From Opitutales bacterium (GTDB lineage: Bacteria > Verrucomicrobiota > Verrucomicrobiia > Opitutales > UBA2987), in assembly GCA_965226885.1 (NCBI GenBank), contig CBDDEL010000009.1:144776-208775 (forward strand): a stretch of 64,000 nucleotides of DNA. The letters run 5' to 3'. Position 1 is the stretch's first letter. Each line of letters opens with the position of its first letter. Of the stretch, positions 52,927 to 62,871 are shown one piece after another. Under the pieces are notes generated by a model. It was not told the origin of the DNA. It did no database searches and saw nothing but the letters and a program-made list of their open reading frames with translations. The position numbers and the translations under genes were made by a program.

Positions 52927-53949
52927 TTAATGGGCAGACCCTGTCGCCGGACTCCCCTTGTCCTGCCCCCTCCACTGGTCGTAGGCGGAGGCGGTGCGGA
53001 CACAGCCCACGGTGCAGGTGGCGTGGCAGTCTTTGGGCGTGTAAAATTGTTTTTTCAGGTCGTCCATGGTGTATTGAAGGAGATTTTTTTGAAAGACGCC
53101 GCGGGTCTGCGAACACCAGTGGACCTGGCCGAATTCGTCCACATACAAATAACGGGAGCCCGCGCGGCACTTGAACGGGGCCGTGCCGTCTTTAATCAGC
53201 TTTTCCCGGTAGGCATCGACATCTTCAAATCGCGAGCCGATTTTTCTTTTCACTTCACGGTAGGCGTCCAGTTCTTCGGCCGTTAATTTCAACTGTCCGT
53301 TTTCATCGTGAATGAGCAGAATCCTCGGAATGAAGCCGTGCTCCCGGGCGTAATCGATGACTTCGATAGCTTCGGCGGGCGGGGCGCTCCCAATAACGCC
53401 GCTCATGACCACCTGGAAGCGGGCGTGTTCGGCCAGAAGGGCGAGTCTTTTCCGCAAAGGCTGCAAGGTTTTGACGGTTGTTGCATTGGGTTGAACGCCG
53501 TCCACGCTGATCTGCATATCGGTCAGCCCGCTTTCATTGAGGGATTGGATGAGTTCCTCGGTCAATTTATAACCGTTGGTGATTATTTGCCGCCGGCGAA
53601 AACCGAGAGCGGTCATTTCAGCGACAAGATCGGCAAGCCGGGGATGCAGAGTGGGTTCGCCACCGGTCAAACAGACGGTCCAGGTTTTTAATTCCCTCAA
53701 TTTCCTCAACTGGCGGCTGAGTGTGGGGAACGGGATGGGATCGGAGGTCTTGTCAAATTCCGAACAATACCCGCAGGACAAATTGCAGCGGCGGATAACG
53801 ACCATTTGTGCGAGAAACGGACCGTAGCGAATCCATTGCCACCAGTCCAGTTTTCCGTCATCGACTTCGGAAGGGTCCGGCACCTTTTCTTTGGCTATTT
53901 GATTTGCCAGGCGGGTTTGACGCGGCTGTCGGATTGGATTTGACGCCAT
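52927..53949 (-). CDS. Radical SAM protein with Cys-rich C-terminal (twitch/SPASM-like) domain
   Basis: CNLSCGYC, TGGEPTLHP, ITNG, C.AG..YLYVDE.G.V.WC, CHATCTVGC. Start uncertain. Confidence 0.85.
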   Translation of the reverse strand: MASNPIRQPRQTRLANQIAKEKVPDPSEVDDGKLDWWQWIRYGPFLAQMVVIRRCNLSCGYCSEFDKTSDPIPFPTLSRQLRKLRELKTWTVCLTGGEPTLHPRLADLVAEMTALGFRRRQIITNGYKLTEELIQSLNESGLTDMQISVDGVQPNATTVKTLQPLRKRLALLAEHARFQVVMSGVIGSAPPAEAIEVIDYAREHGFIPRILLIHDENGQLKLTAEELDAYREVKRKIGSRFEDVDAYREKLIKDGTAPFKCRAGSRYLYVDEFGQVHWCSQTRGVFQKNLLQYTMDDLKKQFYTPKDCHATCTVGCVRTASAYDQWRGQDKGSPATGSAH

Positions 53950-55817
53950 TTGCTAAGGATTCCCGTATAAATGGTTTCAGGGTCCAGGCCATTGGCCGCC
54001 CGTAATACGCCTACCGAGGTCCCGTGGTCCACGAATTTATCCGGCCACCCCACCCGATGCACGTTTACGGCGCAGTCGGCCAAATTGAGTTCTTCCAGTA
54101 CGGCGCTGCCAAAACCGCCTTTGAGAACATTGTCTTCCAGCGTGACGAGCAGTTGGCAACTGTTTCCCTGGGTTTTCAGAAGGGCTTTATCGAGCGGTTT
54201 GACAAACCTCGCATTGACCACCCCAGCGCTGATACCCTCCTCGACTTTAAGCCTTTCGGCCAGATCGAGAGCATCGCTCACCCAAGAGCCCAAAGCCCAT
54301 ATAATGATGTCGTCGCCTTCCCGGAGAACCTCTGCCTGGCCCATGGCCAGACGGGCAGGGCGTTTTTTGATGGGAACTCCCTGGCCGGCGCCGCGCGGAT
54401 ACCGGATAAAGGCCGGGCTCCTCAATTGCAGCGAAGTCCAGAGCATGTCCACCAGTTCGTCTTCGTCCTTCGGCTGCATGACAATGGCATTCGGCACGCA
54501 ACGGAGGTAGGCGATATCGAAAAGACCGTGATGGGTGGGGCCGTCATTGGGGGAAAGCCCGGCCCGGTCCATACAAAACACGACGGGCAGGTTTTGCAGG
54601 CAAACATCGTGAATGATGGGGTCATAGGCCCGCTGGAGAAAAGTGGAGTAGATGGCTGCCACAGGCTTGTAGCCTTTTATGGCCATTCCAGCCGCAAAGA
54701 GGACGGCGTGTTCCTCGGCGATGCCGACATCGAAGAATTTTTCGGGGATATCCTCCCGCATGTGGCTCAAACCCGTCCCGGTGGACATGGCGCCTGTAAT
54801 GCCGACTATTCTGGGGTCGCTTTTGGCGAAACGTACCATGGCTTTTCCGAAAACATCCTGATAATTGGGCGGTGTGCCCGGCTTTTTCGGCGCTCCCTTG
54901 CCTGTTGAGATGGCGAAGGGGCTCGTTCCGTGAAATTTTTCTGGATGTTCGAGGGCGATATCGTAACCTTTGCCTTTGGTTGTAAGAAGGTGCAGGACGA
55001 TGGGCTCATCAAAATTTTTACAGAAATTGAGGTATTGGGTGACCAGTTCGAGATCGTGCCCGTCGATCGGCCCGATGTAGCGCAAACCGTATTTTTCAAA
55101 AAGGCAGGAGGGGACGATAAAATCTTTGGCCTCCTTCTTGGCTTTGGATCCGATGCGGATGAGGGAATCGCCCCCCGGTATTTTATGGAGAATCGACTCC
55201 AGGTCGTCATGCAAACGATTGTAGAGCGGATTGGTGATCAGTTCGTTCAGGTATTTGGCCATCGCCCCGACATTCTTGGAGATCGACCATTTGTTGTCGT
55301 TGAGCACCACGACCAGCCGTTTGGTCTGGGCGGCGGCATTGTTCAACGCCTCCATGGTAATACCGCAAGTCAGGGCGGCGTCGCCGATAATGGCCACCAC
55401 ATGCTCATCTCCGCCGCGTAAATCCCTCGCCACGGCCATGCCCAGAGCGGCGGATAGGGCGGTTCCGGCGTGGCCCGCGCCGTAGCAGTCGTGCTCACTC
55501 TCGGAACGGTTGAGAAACCCGCTGACTCCTCCGCTCTTGCGCAATTTCTCAAATTTCCGCCCCTGCCTGCCGGTCAACAGTTTGTGCACATAGCCTTGAT
55601 GGGAAACATCGAAGACAAACTGGTCCCGCGGGCTTTCGAATACCCGATGCAGGGCCAGGGTCAGCTCGACAACGCCGAGGTTGGGGCCGATGTGGCCACC
55701 GTTTTTCGAGGTAACCTCGATAATCCGGGTGCGTATTTCCCCAGCCAATTCTGTCAATTCTTCGGTAGAAAGTGATTTGACATCGGCCGGGCTTTTAATC
55801 GTTTCAAGGAATGCCAT
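53895..55817 (-). CDS. dxs: 1-deoxy-D-xylulose-5-phosphate synthase
   Basis: GGHIGPNLG, FDVSHQGYVHK, IGDAALT.G...EALN, DVGIAEEHAV, YSTFLQRAYD, DGPTHHG. Confidence 0.97.
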   Translation of the reverse strand: MAFLETIKSPADVKSLSTEELTELAGEIRTRIIEVTSKNGGHIGPNLGVVELTLALHRVFESPRDQFVFDVSHQGYVHKLLTGRQGRKFEKLRKSGGVSGFLNRSESEHDCYGAGHAGTALSAALGMAVARDLRGGDEHVVAIIGDAALTCGITMEALNNAAAQTKRLVVVLNDNKWSISKNVGAMAKYLNELITNPLYNRLHDDLESILHKIPGGDSLIRIGSKAKKEAKDFIVPSCLFEKYGLRYIGPIDGHDLELVTQYLNFCKNFDEPIVLHLLTTKGKGYDIALEHPEKFHGTSPFAISTGKGAPKKPGTPPNYQDVFGKAMVRFAKSDPRIVGITGAMSTGTGLSHMREDIPEKFFDVGIAEEHAVLFAAGMAIKGYKPVAAIYSTFLQRAYDPIIHDVCLQNLPVVFCMDRAGLSPNDGPTHHGLFDIAYLRCVPNAIVMQPKDEDELVDMLWTSLQLRSPAFIRYPRGAGQGVPIKKRPARLAMGQAEVLREGDDIIIWALGSWVSDALDLAERLKVEEGISAGVVNARFVKPLDKALLKTQGNSCQLLVTLEDNVLKGGFGSAVLEELNLADCAVNVHRVGWPDKFVDHGTSVGVLRAANGLDPETIYTGILSKWRQIQSDSRVKPAWQIK

Positions 55818-56018
55818 TTACTCTTTTTGAGAAATTTTCTCCGGTGACGGAAAATCGAACAGGCCGATGGCTTGAAAATCCTGATTTAAAGTCCTCGGAG
55901 ACAGTAGGGGTTCCATTTATTGTATTGTTAATACCAGTCTTTTGAAAGGGGAGTATTAAAATACCTTTCCACTTAATATTCAAGCGTTAATTGAACCTTC
56001 CCCCCGGGCATTTTGAAA

Positions 56019-56750
56019 TTATCGGCTTTCCGCCTGCAATCGCTCCAGCAAGGCGTTTTCGGCAAATCGCAGGGTGGCGGGATCATCCACATCCACCCAA
56101 ATCTGCTGGCCCACATCGACCGCATTGACCCGCCCCTGAGCCGCCAGATGGCGGACTCCGCCCGTCAGGCTGGTGTCGCCGGTTTCCTCCACGCTTTGCC
56201 CAATTCCCTCGAACAGGGCAGGGGTGCAGGCAAAGATTCCCGTGTCGAAACCGTTAAAATCATCCAGGCCCTTGCCCAGTTGACGGACTTTTGTTTCCAC
56301 AATCCGAACACGGGTAACATCCTCCAGATCGACGGATGGGTTGGTCGTATTTCGATCTACGCCCAGGTTTATGTGGTCATCCGGCAGGGGATGATGGATG
56401 ACGCGGCGGGCGGCTGAAGCTTCGAATATATGATCCGACATAAGAAGAAGAAAAGGCTCTTGCAGGTGTTCTTTACCCTGGAGCACGGAAATCCCGTTTT
56501 CCTTTTCCCAATCTTTATTAAAAAGCGGCGTGATACCGACTTCGAGCCGGTCGGCCAATTCCAGCAAAAAAGGTTCCACCTGGTTGGCCCTATATCCGGT
56601 GACGACGTAAAATCCGGTTATGCCGGCGCTTCGGGCGGTGCAGATTACCCTTTCGATAAGGGGAACCCCGAAAAGTGAAATCAAAGGTTTGCTCTCTCCT
56701 CGCATTTGCAGCCGGCTACCTTTGCCCGCTGCTATAATCAGGCATCTCAT
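56019..56750 (-). CDS. Nucleotidyltransferase, inositol-1-phosphate cytidylyltransferase (IPCT)-like
   Basis: IIAAGKGSRL...KPL, VVTGY, N.DWEKENGISVL, LLMSDH, DTGIF, W.DVDDP; 4 bp downstream of ino1. Confidence 0.8.
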   Translation of the reverse strand: MRCLIIAAGKGSRLQMRGESKPLISLFGVPLIERVICTARSAGITGFYVVTGYRANQVEPFLLELADRLEVGITPLFNKDWEKENGISVLQGKEHLQEPFLLLMSDHIFEASAARRVIHHPLPDDHINLGVDRNTTNPSVDLEDVTRVRIVETKVRQLGKGLDDFNGFDTGIFACTPALFEGIGQSVEETGDTSLTGGVRHLAAQGRVNAVDVGQQIWVDVDDPATLRFAENALLERLQAESR

Positions 56751-56754
56751 GGCT

Positions 56755-57864
56755 TCAATCGGTTGATTCTTCTTTGTTCAGGATAAAATACTCCATCATG
56801 TGGAATGCTTCGTCGTCGGTGTATTGTTTGGGTGGATGCTTGCAAAAATAAGCGGAGGGGGCATAGAGGATGCCGCCTTTGCCCCGGTCCAGCGCCAGCC
56901 GGGCGCAGCGGATGGCGTCGATAGCCACCCCGGCCGAGTTAGGGGAATCCTCCACCGAGAGGCGCAATTCGAGGTTCATAGGCACATTGCCGAAGAGCAA
57001 CCCTTCCATTCGCAGGAAGCAGACCTTGTTGTCCTTTTGCCAGGGCACATGATCGCTTGGGCCGATGTGGATGCTGTCCTTGTCCATACGGCTGGCCGTA
57101 ACCGATTGCACGGCCTCGGTTTTGGAAATTTTCTTCGAGGCCAGGCGGCTGCGGCTTAGCATATTGAGAAAATCAGTGTTTCCCCCCGTGTTCAACTGGT
57201 AGGTGCGTTCCAGTTTGACCCCCCGTTTATTAAAGAGATCGGTCAGGGTGCGGTGGGTGATGGTGGCGCCAAGCTGGGCTTTGATGTCGTCGCCGATGAT
57301 GGGAAGGTTTTTCTCCTCGAATCGTTTGGCCCAGGCCGGATCGCTGGCGATGAAGACCGGTATGTTGTTGACGAAAGCGACCTCCGCCTCCAAGGCGCAT
57401 TCGGCATAAAAACGGGTGGCTTCCTCGGACCCGACAGGCAGGTAATTGCAAAGAATTTCCGCTCCCGATTCTTTAATCGCCGCGACTACCTCTTCCTGAG
57501 TGGGTTCCTCGGCCTCCGCTTTTATAAAAGTGAGGTTATCGCGGAAATTTCCCATGTGCTCGGCAAATCCATCAAGCACCCTGCCCATTTTCACGATCAC
57601 TCCCGACGGCGGAAAATTGTCGCAAAAAATCTTGGTGCAATTGGGCAAGGCGAAAATGGCTTCGTTCACATCCCGGCCCACTTTGCGCTTGTCGATATCG
57701 AAAGCCGTAACCACTTCGATGTCGGACGGTTTGTAGGGGCCAATTTCCGTGTGCATCAGTCCCACAGCGGTTTCCAGCTTGTCATCCGTGTAATAATGGA
57801 TGCCTTGAATGAGAGAGCTGACACAGTTGCCAACCCCGACTATGGCGATTTTAATCTTGCTCAC
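56755..57864 (-). CDS. ino1: myo-inositol-1-phosphate synthase
   Basis: IVGVGNC.SSL.QG, NYLPVGSEEA, IIGDDIKAQLGATITHR, YQLNTGGNTDFLNM, SKKISKT, VEDSPNSAG. GTG 57864 start inferred. Confidence 0.93.
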   Translation of the reverse strand: MSKIKIAIVGVGNCVSSLIQGIHYYTDDKLETAVGLMHTEIGPYKPSDIEVVTAFDIDKRKVGRDVNEAIFALPNCTKIFCDNFPPSGVIVKMGRVLDGFAEHMGNFRDNLTFIKAEAEEPTQEEVVAAIKESGAEILCNYLPVGSEEATRFYAECALEAEVAFVNNIPVFIASDPAWAKRFEEKNLPIIGDDIKAQLGATITHRTLTDLFNKRGVKLERTYQLNTGGNTDFLNMLSRSRLASKKISKTEAVQSVTASRMDKDSIHIGPSDHVPWQKDNKVCFLRMEGLLFGNVPMNLELRLSVEDSPNSAGVAIDAIRCARLALDRGKGGILYAPSAYFCKHPPKQYTDDEAFHMMEYFILNKEESTD

Positions 57865-58043
57865 AGCGCTGTTATTATTCTGTCGCAGGTTTTCTCTAAC
57901 TCTGCGCCAGTGGAAGTTCAAAGGTTGATTTCATTTGTTAAGAATCTTTAAGACTGTATGAAACCCTCCATCTGCCGTGTCAATAACCACAATTAATAAT
58001 CTGCTCGTTCTTCTCCTGTTATTTGGGTAAATTTGATTGCTCC

Positions 58044-59192
58044 ATGCTTGAAACCACTTCTCCCCAAGGCCCTCTGGTCGTTCTGGATTTATCCGATTTG
58101 GTTCCGCCATGCGATTTTGTTCAATGGCATTGGCGCAGTGTGGCGGGTGTCCCTTTTTTGCTGAGGAATCTTCTCACCCTGCAACGAAGTGGAACGGAGA
58201 AGGCATTGGTTTATTTGGGCAACCAACACGAGGCCGGGGCGGTCGAAGATTTGGGCAATAAATTGCAGGCCGATCCGCGTTTGAAAATAAAATGGGATCT
58301 GATTGCGGAAAACTTTCAGCCAGCCCGTGCGTCTCAACTCGCCCATCGGGTTCTTATTTTGGATGGTCGAGCGGTACACGATAGAGTCGAGGTCGCCGCA
58401 GCGCTTCGCAAGCTGGACCAAAAAGATGGCCATGGCCCGTGGGCAGTGGAAACCTTGTCGGCAACATCGGAAAATCGCATTGAACGGGAGGAAGATTTTC
58501 TCCTCCAACACAACAGATTACTGCGCGCCGGCGGGGGCCTGGGCAACGACAGCCTGATAACCCGCTGGCTCTCCCGAACCGTTTCCACCCGGCTTACCCG
58601 GCTGGTCATCGATACCGCTCTGACGCCCAACCAGGTGACCCTCTTCAGCTTTTTACTGGGTCTGTTGGCGGCCTGGCGGTTTTTCCAGGGAGGCTACTGG
58701 CCGGGCGTTATGGGGGGCGCCTTGTTGGTGTTTTCAACCTGGGTGGATGGCGTCGACGGCGAACTTGCCCGACTTAAATTCATGGAATCGAAGCTTGGCG
58801 CAAAACTCGACATCTATTGCGACAACATCGTCCATTTCGTGCTCTTCCTGGCCATTGGATTAGGATTGGCAAAAGCGATGGACCGTGAACTCTACGCCCT
58901 ATTGGGCATAATCGCGGCCATTGGGAGTCTGCTTTCCTTTTTCATGCTCAATGCCCTGGTCACCGCCGGCAAATCGACTGACGCCAATAGTTCATCCGAA
59001 AAATCGGAAAAACCGAAACCAACACCGAACCTGGCCGAAAAGATGGCCAACCGGGATTTCATCCACCTCCTCTTCCTCCTCGCTCTATTTGGCCGAGTGG
59101 ATGTATTCCTCTGGCTGACAGCGATCGGGGTGACCATTTTTACCCTCTACCTGGTTTTCCTGAGAATACGGTCCTCTGGACAAGGCGGTTAA
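58044..59192 (+). CDS. CDP-alcohol phosphotransferase (DIPPS-like) with degenerate N-terminal nucleotidyltransferase-like domain
   Basis: TPNQVT and DGVDGELARLK...SKLGAKLD...D signature; N-terminal VAGVPFLLRNL lacks the AAGxGxR motif. Confidence 0.82.
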   Translation: MLETTSPQGPLVVLDLSDLVPPCDFVQWHWRSVAGVPFLLRNLLTLQRSGTEKALVYLGNQHEAGAVEDLGNKLQADPRLKIKWDLIAENFQPARASQLAHRVLILDGRAVHDRVEVAAALRKLDQKDGHGPWAVETLSATSENRIEREEDFLLQHNRLLRAGGGLGNDSLITRWLSRTVSTRLTRLVIDTALTPNQVTLFSFLLGLLAAWRFFQGGYWPGVMGGALLVFSTWVDGVDGELARLKFMESKLGAKLDIYCDNIVHFVLFLAIGLGLAKAMDRELYALLGIIAAIGSLLSFFMLNALVTAGKSTDANSSSEKSEKPKPTPNLAEKMANRDFIHLLFLLALFGRVDVFLWLTAIGVTIFTLYLVFLRIRSSGQGG

Positions 59193-59941
59193 TGGCCCAG
59201 TTTCGTGGCCAGCAGGATGGTGGCAATACCGGCCAGGAAAAGGGCCACCTGGGGCCAGGGCGGCTGCCGCTGGTTTTGCCGGTGCATATTGGCGATCAGA
59301 TCAACGGTGGCGATGTAGATGAAACTGGCCGCCGAAAGTGCCAGCACATAGGGTATGGCGGGGCGCAGGTAATCCAGGGCGGCATAACCGAGAATCGCCC
59401 CGATGACGGTTGTCAGGCTGGAAAGGATGTTCAATCCCATGGCCTTGGATTTTTTGTAACCGTGATCGAGCAAGATGGAAAAGTCGCCCACTTCCTGGGG
59501 CACCTCGTGGATGATGATTGCAATGGCGGTGGTTATCCCCAAAGAAAAATCAGTCAGGAAGGCCGCCGCGATAAGAATGCCATCGACAAAATTGTGCACG
59601 GAATCGCCAATGACGATTAACGGTCCGCCCGTGCTGTGCACCTCGCAATCATGGTCGTGGCAATGCCGCCAGATCAATAGTTTCTCCAGTAAGAAAAATA
59701 GGACTACGCCGAACAGCACCGTGCCCATAACGGGACCCGGATCTTCTATTTTCAGCGCCTCGGGCAGCAATCGTAAAAATGAGACCGCCAAAAGTGTGCC
59801 CGCCGCATAACTAACCATGGCGGATAGGAATTTATCCCTCGCCAGGCGCGAGCACATTAGAAGCAGGGAACCTCCGACAATCGTTCCCACCGTTCCGGCG
59901 AGACTGAAAATTATGATCCAGAACAAGAGCATTTTTTCCAT
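59189..59941 (-). CDS. ZIP-family divalent metal transporter
   Basis: AAG.LL, His-rich loop HCHDHDCEVH, GDSVHNFVDG, HEVPQEVGDF. Confidence 0.9.
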   Translation of the reverse strand: MEKMLLFWIIIFSLAGTVGTIVGGSLLLMCSRLARDKFLSAMVSYAAGTLLAVSFLRLLPEALKIEDPGPVMGTVLFGVVLFFLLEKLLIWRHCHDHDCEVHSTGGPLIVIGDSVHNFVDGILIAAAFLTDFSLGITTAIAIIIHEVPQEVGDFSILLDHGYKKSKAMGLNILSSLTTVIGAILGYAALDYLRPAIPYVLALSAASFIYIATVDLIANMHRQNQRQPPWPQVALFLAGIATILLATKLGH

Positions 59942-59951
59942 AGTATGAACT

Positions 59952-60305
59952 TCATTCGGTTTTTGAAACTCTGTAAAGGTGGTTCAGGAGTGGGACGACA
60001 TTGATCAGCGGTTCTTCGTAGGGATGGGCACGATGCACCCGTTCCAATGCCTCGGGCACTCTTTCCCTGGGGCAGCGCGCTTCGATTCGGCATTCCTCGC
60101 CGTGGTAAATTTCGCCCACCGTGCCTGTGTGCGGGTCGGCCCCCTCCAGGGGTTTCCACGAACCGCGAGTATCCACCACCGACATGCAATGATCGTAATT
60201 TCCCACCACGCCTGCTCCCGCCTCATGGAGCGCTTGCTGTATGGCTTCCACATATTCCGCCGGCACAAAGATGTGCAAATTAACCTCCTCCTTTTTCTCT
60301 TTCAT
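59952..60305 (-). CDS. Stand-alone YqfO/Nif3 insert-domain-like small protein
   Basis: IFVP.....I..AL..AGAG.VGNYDHC, W.PLEGADP..G..G, HPYEEP. ATG 60305 chosen to avoid overlap with kdsB. Confidence 0.8.
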   Translation of the reverse strand: MKEKKEEVNLHIFVPAEYVEAIQQALHEAGAGVVGNYDHCMSVVDTRGSWKPLEGADPHTGTVGEIYHGEECRIEARCPRERVPEALERVHRAHPYEEPLINVVPLLNHLYRVSKTE

Positions 60306-60417
60306 AGCATTTCCTTTTGCGTTTGCCTTTTCCCTATAAAGTAATGATTTGATTCTTTTGCCAATTTTAAATCGTTCCTCATCCCCAATCGCTCGATATT
60401 GAGAAAATCCTTCTGTT

Positions 60418-61161
60418 ATGCCCGAGATTGCCATAGTGGTTCCGGCCCGGTTGGCCTCCATGCGTTTCCCGCGCAAACTACTCTACGAAATTAAGGGGAA
60501 ACCCCTCATTCTGTGGACTGCCGAGCGCATCGCCTCCCAAGCCCCGAACCTGCCGCTTTATTTTGCCGTTGACGATACCACCTTGGGCGACCTGCTGGCG
60601 GCTCACGGCTTTGAATCGATATTGACTTCCCAGAAGCACCCCAGCGGAACCGACCGCATCGCCGAGGCCAACGACCGGATCGGGGCTGATTACGTCATCA
60701 ATGTCCAGGCTGACGAGCCGATGGTGACGAAAGACCAGATAGATACCTTGGCCAGGCTCATTCGTGATCAAGCCGATATGGCCACCTTGGCCGCGCCTTT
60801 CCGCCGGGAGGAAGATTTTAACGACTACAATAAAGTCAAGGTAGTCCTCAACGATAAGGGCCGGGCGCTTTATTTCTCCCGATCGCCCATACCCTTTGCA
60901 AGGGAGCACAAAGGTTTTGTGGATGCCGCCTGGCTGCAAAAAAATAACGCTCTCTGGCACCTGGGTCTCTATGCCTACAGTGCTGAGTTTTTAAAAAAAT
61001 TCAGAAACCTCGCCCCCGGACGCCTCGAACGAATCGAAAAGTTGGAACAGCTCCGCGCTCTCGAAAACGGCTTCACCATTGCGGTGGGTATTTCCAAAAA
61101 AGCGAACATCGGAATCGACACTCCCGAAGATGCCGCCGCCTTTGAAGCCCTCCTGGCCTAA
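60418..61161 (+). CDS. kdsB: CMP-KDO synthetase
   Basis: VPARLASMRFPRK.L, HPSGTDRIAE, NVQADEP, ALYFSRSPIP, EKLEQLRALENG, IDTPED. Confidence 0.95.
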   Translation: MPEIAIVVPARLASMRFPRKLLYEIKGKPLILWTAERIASQAPNLPLYFAVDDTTLGDLLAAHGFESILTSQKHPSGTDRIAEANDRIGADYVINVQADEPMVTKDQIDTLARLIRDQADMATLAAPFRREEDFNDYNKVKVVLNDKGRALYFSRSPIPFAREHKGFVDAAWLQKNNALWHLGLYAYSAEFLKKFRNLAPGRLERIEKLEQLRALENGFTIAVGISKKANIGIDTPEDAAAFEALLA

Positions 61162-62743
61162 CCCGGATATTTCATGAAGGGTAAAGTTTGGCTCGTTATT
61201 GCTATTGGAGATGGATTTCTTTGTATTTTGGGCGGATCGTCTTGATTTTGAGGTGTTTTTCAGGGTGTAGAGACACTTCCCCCTTTCCCCCATTGGTTCG
61301 GTAGCGCCGGGGGCAGCGCCAATGCGCCCTTTAGGTTGGCACCAACCGGCGGGCCGCATGGTTGAAAAGACTGGCCCATGGATAACTTTCACTTAGATGA
61401 AAGTGAATCGTTCGGGTGTTGCGCACGATGACCGCTCCGATCTTGATTAATTTTAGCCGTAGACTGTGGCATTGGAGCCGCGCCCACTTCGTCCCTTTTA
61501 ATGCGAACCGGCGCAAGGCTTCCATCAAGGTGTAGGCCAGCCCCGACAAGAGCAATCGCCACTGGTTGGCCCACCATTTATGCGCGCTGGTGCGTTCGCT
61601 GAACAATTGCATCTGTTCCTTGATCCGGTTCTCCATCTCACCGCGGCCACAGTATACTTTGTCGTAAAGCTCTTGGGGATCGCCCTGCAGGTTCGTCACC
61701 ACGAAGCGCGGGTTGGACCCCTGTGCGGTGTGTTCGGCTTTGTGGATGATAAGGCGTTGGCGCCGCCACGATTTTGCCCCATACTCGAAGTGCTGAAACA
61801 GCCGTTGCTTTTTGCCGCTACCCTCGAACCATTGTTTGGCTTGCTCCTGCAACTGCCGGGCCGCTTGCTGCAAGCGTGCATGGCGGGCCGTTCCCACTAT
61901 AAAATAAACCTCGTTGCGCTCGCACCACGAGAGAATCCGATCCCGGCAGAATCCGCTGTCGGCACGTCAAATAATCCGCGTATGGGGCCAGCTTTGGCGA
62001 ATCCGTTTAACCAGCAATTTGAGGATGGCCCCGGCATGCTTGCTCGCATCGATCTTGCTGGGCCGCAGGTAGGCCACCAGAAGCTGATCGCCGCAAAAAA
62101 CATACAGCGGCAAAAAACAGTAATGATCATAATAACCGTGGAAAAAACGTCCCTCCTGGAGCCCGTGCACCGGATTGTCGGTGGCGTCAAAGTCCAGGAT
62201 GATCTCTTCGGGTTCCTCGGCAAAGGATCCGATGAACTGTTCGACCAGCAACTCGTTCAGGGCAAAGGCTGCCCGCCGATCCTGCCCGTTTTCAAAACGA
62301 CACAAAGTCGGCGCGCTGGCCAACGCTTCAGTGCGCCCCGTTACCGTTTGCAACAAAGGATCGCGGCGCAGGGTGTCAAAGTCGTTCAAATCCTCATAGC
62401 CCGCCCCCAGCCCGTAAACGCGCTGCCGGATCATGGCCAGCATCTCATGGCGCACTTTGCCCTTCTGCCGTTTGTCTACTAATTGCCGGGCCGCTTGCTC
62501 GGTCAAGCCCAACCGCCGATCCACTTCCCGGATCAAAAGCAGCCCGGCATCCGAAGTAACCTCACCGCCCTTAAAATCAACCCGCACACGGCGGCCTTTT
62601 ACCCTTGTCAACTGTAGTTCTAATTGTTTACTTTTTGTCATCGCTGATTTTGTCATCGCTGATATTGCTTTAATGTTTAATCTATCCTGCTGTATATCAG
62701 CAGATAAGCATATCAGCGATACTTTTTTTATGAAATTTCCGGG
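61162..62743 (-). mobile_element. IS1380-family element, full length, transposase (61331-62656) broken by a nonsense codon
   Basis: IRs CCCGGATATTTCAT/ATGAAATTTCCGGG; CTAA duplicated at 61158-61161 and 62744-62747; TGA at 61969-61967 where copy 1 has TGG; 15-nt duplication 62633-62662. Confidence 0.93.
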
Positions 62744-62871
62744 CTAACCCAAAACCCTATCTATGATTCTGAACATCACGCCCTGACCCAATACTCCCAG
62801 GTGATGGAAAACAGTCGTTTGGGACATGGCCAGTATTTCGGTATTCATTCCTTATGTGAATACCTTAATTT

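Noticed and set aside
61967..61969. In-frame TGA at a Trp position (plus TAG in xoxF and TAA in insB) suggesting stop-codon recoding
   Set aside because: All three stop types occur as lesions, sister copies have TGG and CAA, and conserved genes such as accB end normally at TGA. These are nonsense mutations.
61580..62482. Long antisense ORFs (also 48100-49032, 54024-54908, 18677-19321, 62996-63640)
   Set aside because: They are shadows of well-supported genes or transposases on the opposite strand and have no recognisable motifs.
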